From Lingula anatina (Eukaryota; Animalia; Brachiopoda): DNA of 64,000 nt. Below, piece after piece: positions 41,929 to 53,254 of this stretch. A program made the translations under genes and the position numbers. How positions within the stretch are numbered: the first letter of the stretch is position 1; each line of letters starts with the position of its first letter. A model generated the notes under the pieces. It made no database searches. It was not told the DNA's origin and was given only the letters and a program-made list of their open reading frames with translations. Location of the stretch: the NCBI GenBank assembly GCA_051362555.1, contig CM120640.1, positions 28,420,503 to 28,484,502 on the forward strand. The letters run 5' to 3'.

Positions 41929-43352
41929 CTACCTATTCCTTTTGTAAATCTTGTTTGCAAAGGCTATGAACATCTGTTTTGGTAAGTTTTGACTATATTT
42001 TTCTATCAGCTGCATCAAATCCTGATAACTTTCTTCTTCATATTGTGTATAGAGTTCTGACAATTTCAGCTGGTTGAAAATTTCTTTAACCTTGGCTACT
42101 TTGAGATCATCATGGCAAGCATAGTTTTCCTGGAATTGGATAAAAAAAATAAACCTTGGTGCATTAGAAATATTCTCTGCATCAGATATTCCAGCTGAGA
42201 AGAGAAAGAGAAATACATAAAATGTCATTTTTAATTTATTACTATTTTTTATAACATGCCAGCTAAAGCTGAAATATGGGCAGATGATCTTTAACACTGT
42301 AAGCATGGAAGAGTGACAACTAGCCCCAAACTTCTGCTGAAAAACAGGACCCAAAATTATTGAAAGAAATTTTGAAAAAAGAAAAATAATCTAATCTGAC
42401 TGGTTTAAGAACTCAAGCTGTAACTTGGTCAAATCAATCATGCAAGGTTGAGAAAAAGTGTGAAAAATAAAAATTTTACAAAAATTATAAAACTTCAATC
42501 CAACCAAGGTTGAATTATGAACCTGAGCTGTATTTTAGTTCTATAAATCAGTCTTACAAATTTGATAATTATCAGGTTCCTTGTGCTTACAGGCAAAAAT
42601 CTAAGATAGTTCATAGGAACACCAATGGTGACAGCATTGGCAACAACAGATGCATGTGTGGTATTTTTGTATCCTTTGTCAAAATCTAGGAAATCTTACC
42701 TCTAAAATTTTGATTTGTTCAGGAGATGCTCTCTTTAATGCCTGGATTATGAGCCAGCCACATTTGTTATCTTGGATGTCTGTTCCAACCTTCCCAATGA
42801 CTGCAGGATCACCATAACAGTCTAAGTAATCATCCTAGGGAGATACAGGAAAGATAGAACATAAACTTATCACAGACTTTTTACTCTGTAACAGTAATAT
42901 GGATGTTGTTATCATATAGATACTGTAATCATGAATATCACTTATTGAGAAATGAGGTGATCCCCTATATAGTAACATACATGGTAGCAACTGCACAAGA
43001 ATAAAATTCCACGAAATTCCCTGAATAATCACACCCCTTTAATTAAGACAAATTATTCTTCAGGGATTAAAAAGAAACTGCTGAATAGAGCAGATATATA
43101 TATTAAACAACCAAAATTCAGCAATTTTGTAATTTCCATTTTATTAGATAAATGGAAAACATTCTTCCAAAGGAGTCAAAATTTCACCTCTATAATCGCC
43201 ATTTACTAATTATTGTGATGTGTTTAAACTAAGCATATCAATACCTGTACTTGAAAGAAATGACCCATCTCCAGGAGAATTGTTTTAGCATTGGCATGAG
43301 ACTCTGAATCTGATATTCCAGCCTAAATACAGAGATAATTAAGATTTTAATG

Positions 43353-43425
<73 letters not shown>

Positions 43426-45685
43426 AGTTGAATTACATTATTATTATTATTATTTGAATAACTCTTCACCTTACTTTCTGTATTGTCAACCCAACCACAG
43501 CACATACTCTTGCAAGTCTTTGGTTAAAAAATATTCATGAATTGTACGCATATGAATGCCAGTCAATTTCACAAGATCCATCTCAATATAATAAGAAACC
43601 AGCTTCTCTTCTAAGCTTACTAAAAAAAATCTGAAATTTGACTATAATTGCCTTCAATATAAACCAAATAACAATCCAAAACAAAAACTGTTACAGCACT
43701 ATCCTAAAATAATTATAGCCTTGTAATTTTGTACCTCTATGTCACTCACCATGTACATTGCACAAGCAACAGGCAAATAGAAGGAATAAAATGCAGTCTT
43801 CCACTTGACAATGGCGTTATATCTCTCCTGTGAGAAGCTATTGAAGTCCACATGGTCTTGAGCCGTTATGAGATCCAGGTTTTGACCAATTTCAGTCTGC
43901 AGTGTGGTCTGAAGAAGCATTTTACAATATTTTATAAAATACATTTAGCATAGTGTTCTGCCTTGTGCAGTGTGCTGAAATTTGGTAAAGATAAATGCAC
44001 TTGCAAAGATAAAATAAATACATTTTAGGGGATAAGTGAGGGCATAATTTTAAAAAGCTATAATTTTTTTATCTTCATGAAAAACCCAAGCTGAAAGAGA
44101 TTTAATTTTTACATGCATAAATAATTATGTAAATGTGGCAATAATTTTTTACAGCTAATGCGAACATCACCCTCTTGTCTACTTAGATACAAATAAACAA
44201 TATATGTGTATTTAACTTCCATGGGTTAATGTTTACATGTGTGTACGCATGCTGAACAATTTTGATCATTTTATAAGATAATTATTTTAAATCTAAATAA
44301 ATTAAATAATTAAAATTACCTCATGAAACAATTCTACTATATCAATATAGTACGTTTCTTCTCTGAAATATTTCTTCAGAATCTGGTAGATACACATTTC
44401 AAGGAAGAAAGAATCATTTATGGCAGTCAAACCTACTCCCTCCTGGAAATGAATAATTTTAATGCAGTATTAAACATCATTTTTCCTATATTGAAAACTT
44501 GACATTACGCTTGATTTCCTAGCAGAAAAATTTCATGAAAATAGTGGAGACTCAAAAGTTATCAAGAATACTTTTAAAAACAGGTTTAAAAAGGTGCATT
44601 ACTGTTGAAACAACACATTTTTTTTATTTTGACAACGTATTAGTGTATGTATTGAAAATCATTAAGCAGAAAAGCCACCATAATTTAATTTGACTATAAT
44701 TTTAAAGCATATACTAATAGTTTATGTAATGCTTTATGACCAGGTCAGCTACTGGTTTTTAACTGAAGCAGCCTTTTTATTACCACAGATAGGCTGGCTT
44801 TGAACCTTTGCCACCATTTTACCTTTTTATACCAGCAAGGTTTTCCTCTACGCGTGACAGAGTGATCCATAATGTCATCTGCCACAAGAAAGAATGCTTG
44901 AAGCTGAAAAAACCATTGTAAAAAATAAATAAATAAATAAATAAAGCTTATCTTAGAAAGAGGCTCAAAACCACACAAACTACACTTCACAGGGAATCAA
45001 GAACAGTGCTAATAGCTATTCCAATGTAAATCAAAAATGGGGGTGGGGACAAGTTCCACAGTAGATTTTCCAATGATTTTCATGAATTTATTTTAATCTA
45101 ATATTATATATATGGGAAGTTAAGTCTCCTTACCCATTCCACACACCAGCCTAGGATCCTTGCTTTGTTCAGATTGTCCTCTGTCAGCTTGTCCTCTGTC
45201 ACCAGGTATCTGTAAGAGGACACTACTGCCATGCCACGGTTCTTCTTACCAAATGGTACATTGTATTCACATACCTGTGATATAAAACAATTCTTGCTTA
45301 TTTTACAGAGAATGGGCAGTTTTCTTGGTTGTATTGATGGGCGCTTAATGTAAATAACAAATGTTCAATATAATTAAATGTAAAACTTAAACATACCTTA
45401 CTAAAGTGGCAATACAGATAAGGTAACATTAAATAACAATTTCCATAAGGCAAAGTACACACACAAAGCATATACAGTCTATTCATTTATTATCTTTACA
45501 AGTACCTCTTTAAACCACTTGAAAGCATCATGGATCTCTCCATCTTTCAGCCCCTGCTTTGTAATGTCATCAACAAGCTGTTGGAAAACTTCATCAAACT
45601 TCTGTAACTCTGTTAATTCTGCTCGGCATTTCTTTGTAGCTGGTTCCAGTCCATGTACTCCATTTTCATTCACTTTTGCTGCCAT
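41929..45685 (-). CDS. FDPS: Farnesyl pyrophosphate synthase, ~365 aa
   Basis: Eight phase-0 exons: 45685-45506, 45274-45134, 44903-44823, 44442-44320, 43908-43750, 43322-43245, 42834-42700, 42129-41929. Motifs GKKNRG, first Asp-rich motif [40 protein letters not shown], second Asp-rich motif [22 protein letters not shown]-terminal KIYKRNR. Confidence 0.97.
43356..43422. repeat. (TA)n microsatellite
   Basis: Direct reading; lies in an FDPS intron. Confidence 0.95.
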
Positions 45686-45899
45686 TTTATTGTTAGCTAA
45701 AAGTAACATGTTTCATAAGGTTGTTCTTATAATGTTATCTCCTCAAAGGATGGTTTAAATCACTGATAAACTTTAATAATATATTTACATAGAGGTGAGT
45801 TCATCATCAGGGCAAAAAATTGCAGCATTAGTAGTACAGTACATGTACAGTATATATGCATTAATGCAATAGAAATTTGCCCCGCCCCTCCCTCCTAAC

Positions 45900-45957
<58 letters not shown>

Positions 45958-46227
45958 TGTACATCAGAGTGATCAATTCATTCCAAAAACATTTTGGATT
46001 CCTTCAGCAACTATAAACTTAAACACTTTGGATTGTCTCTTTTTTATGTCATTCATTCAATAATTTAAGTTTATACTTTTGTGTAATTTCTGAACAGGAA
46101 TTGCATACTGGGTCAATTATTTAAGTTGATTCTGAAATATCATAAAATAGATGTTTAGATGTGCTAGTTACAAATACTGGCTATTCCCCACAGTTTACTG
46201 TAGAAATATATTATTATTATTATTATC

Positions 46228-46440
46228 ATAATAACCTCGCTCCCGGAGGAGTTGCTTTTGTCTTTGTTGATTTTTTAGTTCCTGGTAAACTCGATCAAAA
46301 AATTATATGGACTGATTTTGAAATTTTTCAATAGGTCTGAAGTGGGTTAACTTACAATCTATTGGAATTTTGTGGGTGATCCATTAAATAATCATGATAA
46401 CTAAGCTGCCTTGGTGGTCTGTGCTCTCAGAATTCTTATA
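46228..46440. mobile_element. Degenerate interspersed repeat, probably Helentron-associated (HINE/DINE-1-like), in the FDPS 5' intron
   Basis: ataacctcgctcccggaggagttgctttt ... gattttgaaattttt ... gggtgatcc ... agctgccttggtggtctgtgctctc. It resembles a widespread aquatic-animal repeat architecture and the copy at 17975-18190. Confidence 0.45.
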
Positions 46441-46564
46441 ACATGAATATTTATTGTACACGTACCGGTATCTTATATGCACGACTGGCGAATAACTATA
46501 TAAAATAAATTGGGTCAAAGAAAAATAGCAAATACGACTCTTTCACAACCAATAAGTAACTTAC

Positions 46565-47022
46565 ATAAACTTCCGGATTTCAGAAAAGTTTGAAAAATCT
46601 TTTCTCGCCAAACGAGTCACTCTTCTACGATGTTGCCGCTCTCACACGCACAGTGGCAGACACAATCATTTGTTTACAAACCAGTGGTGTGATGATCGGC
46701 TGATCGAGCGGAAAAGGAAGTTGGTTTCTACTCTTCAACCCTCCGAAGCGTATATTTTACCTGTACAGTAAATATATGCTCAATCTGGAATGATTGATAA
46801 CATTTTATGAAAAACAATTATATATTATAATGTGATATGGTGATAAAAAGCATCTTTATATATATTTTGATGACCAAAATTACAAATATTTTGCCAAGAT
46901 ATGAGGCTTTGGAATTAGCCAAAATGGCGACGTAGTGTGCCCACATTATTGCATTATTATTGCAGCAGCATTTGTGCGGAATACTCTCAAACGACAGTGC
47001 CGTGTTAAGCATAAATGTAGCG
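46565..47022. promoter_or_regulatory. Bidirectional (head-to-head) promoter region of FDPS and BDP1 with SRE-, ETS- and YY1-like motifs
   Basis: Minus-strand donor (tat|gtaagt) at 46565 and plus-strand donor (gcg|gtaaag) at 47022 bracket a CpG-enriched stretch. GTGGTGTGAT (= ATCACACCAC) at 46684-46693, ACTTCCGG at 46569-46576, AAAATGGCG at 46921-46929. Confidence 0.55.
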
Positions 47023-47503
47023 GTAAAGTTGCAAAATTATTTATATTTTGTATCTCATACCTTTGTAGTAATTTAATGTGCTAGTTAAATGTTAATATTT
47101 ACTACAAGCCTGCTTTAAAATGTTGCGTGCTGAACAGCAATTTCTTTTCTTAGTAACGTACAATACACAGATGTGTCGTGGTTAGTTTGGACTGACTTGG
47201 ATTGTCTCTTGGTCTTTGCCACGTATCGTGGAAGATGTAAGGTTTAATATGTGGACATGGTGAATGTTAGCAGGCATTCCTTAAATTTGTGGTACCGGTA
47301 CACAATACTTTCATGTAGTTAGTAGTGTGAATTTAGATAAGTATATGCATTTTACTTTAAATAATTATTTTATTTGTATGGATCGTTGTAGTTGCATGTT
47401 TCATATATGAAATTTCATAAATTGTACCAGGTGCTTGTATTTAGTACTAGTGCCTTCTATGTGCATATGTGTTATTTCAAAACATTTTTGCTTCCAGATA
47501 AAG

Positions 47504-50500
47504 ATGTCCACAAGGAGGAGCCGCATCAGTGTGCGTCCCAATGTTGGACCCAGAGCACCGAAAGCAGTGGCAACACCCGCTACTGATGTGAACAAAACAG
47601 ATGTAGACAGTTCTGCAAAGGAAAAAGAGCAGTCACAGTCTGGATCCAATGACAAAACAATATCAGTGTCCAAGGTATCCCCCTTTTCACTACTAATGTT
47701 GTAGTATAGGTCCCTCTTGAAATGCTTGATATTGCAGTACATTTACCAGTACAAAAGTGTGGAATTGACTTTATAGCTTTAAATGATTAAAGGTGTAAAT
47801 TCTGCAGACAAAAACTCTTCTTTTAATCATTTATCAAAGTATTAACTGTAACACTTTCAATGTACACTATTTTCTCATGATCATGATTTTTTGCCAAAAC
47901 AAAAAGATGTTGTTTCCTTGTGGATATTATAGCACAGCAGTGGACAATAATCTGTACTAAAAAAAAGTGAGTCTTTTGTCACAATAACCATTTAATGGTT
48001 TGTTTTTGCATAAGCTTTAGCTTGATTTGTGTATGTATTAACATTGTTGGCTTCATTTTGCTCAGTTACATATATGGTGGTTGACAATTTGTACTAAATC
48101 CATAATTGATTTTGTAGAGAGCCAGTGATGCAGCACCAGAACCACAAAAAGCTTCCCCTAAGACTCGTAGGCAGTCTGGTAGCCAGAAAACTGATGTATC
48201 TCCGGCCACAGATAATTCTTCTGTCAATGCCAGTTCAAGCAGTGATATCACCCGTACATCAAAAAACACAAGTGCAAAAACGCAAGTTGGTATCTTGAAC
48301 TCTGAGAAAAACAGCAAGGATGCAGATGTTGTGGCTTGCCAAAACAAAAAGATGCCTCTTGCCAGACCAAGGAATAAAAGCAGTGATACAAATAAGACAT
48401 CAAATCAAAACCAATTAAGTACAAAAAACAAAGAGAACGACTTAGATAAATCAGAAGGACCTGCAGTTGCAGCAGCACCTAGGCCTTTGACTCGTGGTTC
48501 TGGTGAAGAGGTGCTATCAGATTCAAACGTGCCCTCTGAACCTCTGCCTGGCTCCAAACCTCCAGAGGTACCTAGACCAAGAAGCAGGTTCATTAGACCA
48601 AAGCCAAATTTGAGTGAAGCTGGGAGACTCAGAGTCAGGTACCACTAATTTCCGTGTTTCTTGAATTTTCTTTAATATATGTGAATTAATTAATTTTTTT
48701 AAGAGCACTTAACTTTGTATTTAGATTTCATTTCATTTAATAGGCATCCTTCCATGAGTGCTAGTGATTCAGAAGATGATTTTCACAGACAGCCTCCATC
48801 AGTCCAGAGGTTGACAAGGTAAGAATAGGGGCTTACTGTTATTTTGAAATCTTTTGTCCATAGTTGTAATTACAGAATAGATATATAACATTATGTGTTC
48901 ATGAGTTATAAGTAAATAATTGTAGCTGAAGTTGCAGTGTTTTCAATATGTAAATAAGCACAAAAAGAGATGTTTTACCCTTTTCCAGTCTTCCCAGCTT
49001 GCCAAATACTCCAGGCTCACCTGGGCCTGTGGGGCAAACGCCTGCCTTTTCTGGCCTTTCAAGTGGAAATGCACAGGCAACCACAAATGACCCAGTCCAG
49101 GAATCCACTGGAAAAGAAGAGGTGCAAAATGTATGTCTTTACTAAGTCTGTAATATAAATGGCTTTAAAAGTAGCTTTTATTAGAAAAATTGAAATGTAT
49201 TTAGTGAAAATAAAACATGTTTGAAAGTTTATATGGCCAAATAAGAATATGTTTAGCATTTGGTAAAATTTTGTGCTGAAGGGCACCCAGCAACAATTTA
49301 TATATTATATAATTTATTCTTTGTATTTCTTATTTATGCAATGTTAGTATGTAACTTGGTTAAAAAAGACTTATTAGTACATGTTACTTGTCTCTAATAA
49401 AGGGCTTGTCCTCAAATGATGATAGCTGTTTGTAGTGCGGGATACCATGCTCATATTGAATTTTGATCAACAGAAACAACCAGAAAAGAAGGTGCGTCGC
49501 AAGAGAGAAAAAGTCCGAACTGTGCCAAGTGATCGAACAAAGATGACTATGAAGGATTTAATCTATTATAACCCAAGTCCTGCTGAGAGATCAGAGAAGA
49601 CCACGGCACGTAGGGCTTCCGTGTAAGTAATTTCTGGCTCAGTAATGCTGTTGACAGTTATGAGATTAAATGAAATGTTACAACACATATGTATGATATC
49701 AGGTGATCAAAACTTAAACAGTTATCTTGATTGATCCTAATTTTTTTGATGAGAATATTGTTTTTAGCTGAAACAGATAACTTGATTAGTCCTAATTTTT
49801 TATGAGAATATAGTTTTTAGCTAATATTTAAATTTTATTATGTTTTTTCCTTCTTTTATCAATAAACATTTTTTGTCTTTCCTGCAGTGATTCTGTGAGC
49901 AGTATTGTTAGGGACACTTCACTCAGCAAAGACCAAGTATTGGAGTCTCTCTGTGAAAATGTACCTCAGTCGCCTTCCATGCCTCCAAAACAGTCAGTAA
50001 AAGATGGGAACGAGGATGACGATGATGATGGCATGGCTCTTCCTGTGCCTCAGGTTAAAGTAGGACCTGATGGCAGCATTATCATAAATGAGGAGAGGTG
50101 AAATAATTTTTTTAATTTAGAAAAAAAACTATTGAACAGATTAAATTATTGTTTTTCTTTTTATCAAGAGCTTATAAAATATGTGGGTATTACCTCCAAT
50201 ATTTCTGTGACTGTCAGTCACCATCATCAGGGAGTAAATGATTGTATACCCACATATTTTATAAGCTCTTGATAAAAAGAAAAACAATAATTTAATTTGA
50301 TACATCTGATAATGAAACTGTTCTCTCATGTATTGAACTGGTTTTATCAGTTGTAAAAGTAAAGTGAAGTTGTATTTGCTACATTATGGTATACTCGATG
50401 CATAGTGGTTCTAATTATATATTATTTCAAACAGAAAATTACAGGGGACTATATACAAAAGTTAATTATCTCATTCTGTATGACCACCAAGTTTGAATAT

Positions 50501-53254
50501 TACAATATCACTAAAAGACATTTTGGAATAGGCTATTGGATACTATTAACATCCACATTTTCTTCAGTGATGGGAAAAGCTCACTGTTTGCCACAGTATT
50601 ACACTGCCATGTGATTAATACATAAAAAACTTACTGAAACCAATCTTTCTAGCATGGTGATTGACAGTCCCGCCAGGCCTGTAGTAGAGACAGGAGAAGT
50701 AGTTCATGAAGATGGGGAGAACGAGACAACTTACTCCAGTTTTAGGAATAAACAAAAACATAAAGTCTGGTCTACCAAAGGTAAGAGGGTTACCAGAAGC
50801 ATATTGCATGTTTTGTTTTTTATTTATACATTTTGTATGTATGTCACATGTTTGTAACTTTTTTATTATTATTATTTTTTTTGGATAATGATTTGTTACC
50901 AACATTTATTTGGCATGTAGGTTATGCATTGTTATGCATTAATACATATATTTTCAGAAACTATCAAGTTTTACAAGGCCTTGAGTATAGTTGGCACTGA
51001 TTTTTCCATGATGTCTGATATTATCCCAAAGCGCACAAGATTGGAACTGAAGGTAATCCTGGGTGATTTTGTTAAGTGATTACTAATAATTTAGGAATTA
51101 TTCTTTGAAAAGAATAATAAGGTAACATAATCTACTATAATCAAATTATGACATGTGTTTCTTTTAGTATGAATAAACTGTTTATTTAATCTGTCAATTT
51201 GACATTTAGGTCAGATTGACAGATTCCGTTTTTATGTAAAATCACATGGTGATGGAAATAAAAAACAATCCTAAAATGAAACCTGAATCATTAACATGAT
51301 ATCTTACAGAACAAGTTCAAAAGAGAGGAAAGAACCAACAAGTCGCTGATTGACAGAGCTTTGAGTAAGTTATTGGCTATTTCTTTCTTACTTGAGATCA
51401 TGGATATGTTAATTCCGAGTTTTTTCTGACACAGTAATTGTACAATTAAATTGTTGGTTATAAACTTATGTCACTGATGTTGAAGAATGTTCTGGAGCAT
51501 CTTAATCATCATTTAACTTAAAACATTGGAAGTAACGAGAGGTCACTAAAAACAGAAGTATGGAATTTTGCTTGTTGCTTTCCTTATAGGAGAAAGACAA
51601 GACTTTGATCCAGATCTTTTCTCCCATTCTGACTCTGAAAATGAGCCTGAAGTAGCAAATGCAAAACAAGTGAAGCAAAAAGCAGGAAGAAAAAGAAAAG
51701 ATCTTGATCAGCAGAGCAACAAAGATGGAATTACAAATACTTCTGCGGCTACTAGGAATAAGAGAAAAAAGAAAAGTAGTATGTAATTCATAATATCAGG
51801 AAAAGCCTTAGAATATTGTTCCTACTTTAATATATGTAAATTCTTTTTACAGTGTAACCAAAGTTAATCGGTAAAGTTTGCTTTAGAAATAACTGAGGAA
51901 TGTGCTACATTACTTATATAAACTTATATTACTTATATGTTTTTTTTTCAGAGAAAACTGCATATGAAGATAGTGATTCAGCTGATGAGGTTATTGAAGA
52001 GGATGAGACCAATACAGAAGCTCCTGAAGTGTAAGTAGTGAATGTGCTTTATATGTAGTCTTCTTTGTTAATTTCATTTAAAATTACCTCTCAGTTTCTT
52101 TGATATTTGGGAATATTTAGACAATTTGCAAAGTATTTTTTGGCTGCAATAACTACGTCCACTGCTGTGTGAGTCAGTCCCATGCATTCTGGGTTTCTGA
52201 CATTTGCTCATAATCAGTTCTAGTCATATAATACATGTTTCAAATGTGTTATTATAGATACATTAAAAAGGCCATGAAAGAAGGTGGGACTAAAACAAAG
52301 CAGGATAGTGAAGAGGAGGAGGAAGAAGAAGAGGAGGAGGAGGAAGATGAAATAATAACCAAGATCTGTCGTCCAACTAAATCTGGTAGAGTACCTAAAC
52401 CCGTGCAGACATTGCACATAGAAAACAGTAGGACAATCAGAAAACAAAGGACACACTTTACCAAACAAATTACTTCATCAGGAGAAGAAACAGTAGGTGG
52501 TCATCCTTCTCTGCCAAGAGCTGCTACAGGTCCATTGACACATCAGAAGTTACTGCAGACACCACCAAATGTGCTCAGACAGGGGGTCAAGAGTCCCCAA
52601 TTTGTGTCCTTGACATCACCAATCTCAGGTCAAGGTGAAGGTCAGATCAATGTCAGCCAGTTGTCCCCAGGACAGCAGCTGGTGTTTGTGACAGGCAGCC
52701 CCGCTGCTGCTGCTCCTAGTAATCAGACTGCGGGTGGTAAGAGATTTATCCATGTCTTCATGATGTCCCCAACAGGGAGTCTTCAACAAGTACAAGGGGA
52801 GCAAGGGCCAGTAGCCTGGAATTCAAACCAAGGTCATCCAAACAATACTCAGGGAAATATAATAAGACATGTACCCTCACCCTCTGGTGTTCAGTCATCA
52901 CCATTAAGATCAATACTCGCCAGTCCACAGCAGCACAATCAACAACAGCAACTATTACATCAGAATGTTGTCTTGTCTCAAGGGCATCAAAATGGACAGT
53001 TGGTGTCAGATACCTCTTTACACCAGACAGGGACCTCGAGTTTTCAGTCACACCCTATACGCGATGCAGCGCTTTTGACAGGAGCGCCTTTAATCGCTAA
53101 ACATGCACGTGGGAATGTGCCGGAAATGAGCCCGTCAGATGGCGGCAGCTGTTTGACAGAATTCACACCAGTTGGTATGAATCCTTTAAATAACAACGAA
53201 GGACATGAAAATGTAGTTCAGATACCAAGTCCAAGCCAACAAGGAAGCACCTGA
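47504..53254 (+). CDS. BDP1: Transcription factor TFIIIB component B'' homolog (BDP1), ~936 aa
   Basis: 12 exons: 47504-47674, 48118-48638, 48744-48818, 48989-49130, 49474-49622, 49888-50097, 50653-50780, 50958-51052, 51310-51364, 51590-51778, 51952-52030, 52258-53254. BDP1 hallmarks: N-terminal RRSRISVRPNV, DRTKMTMKDLIYY, VPQVKVGPDGSIIINEES, TTYSSFR, and SANT/Myb WSTKETIKFYKALSIVGTDFSMM...RTRLELKNKFKREE. Confidence 0.93.
49716..49823. repeat. ~54-bp imperfect tandem duplication in a BDP1 intron
   Basis: aaacag..a.cttgatt..tcctaattttt..atgagaatat.gtttttagct repeated twice. Confidence 0.75.
50140..50296. repeat. Perfect 51-bp inverted repeat with a 55-bp spacer in a BDP1 intron
   Basis: 50140-50190 is the exact reverse complement of 50246-50296. 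Confidence 0.9.
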
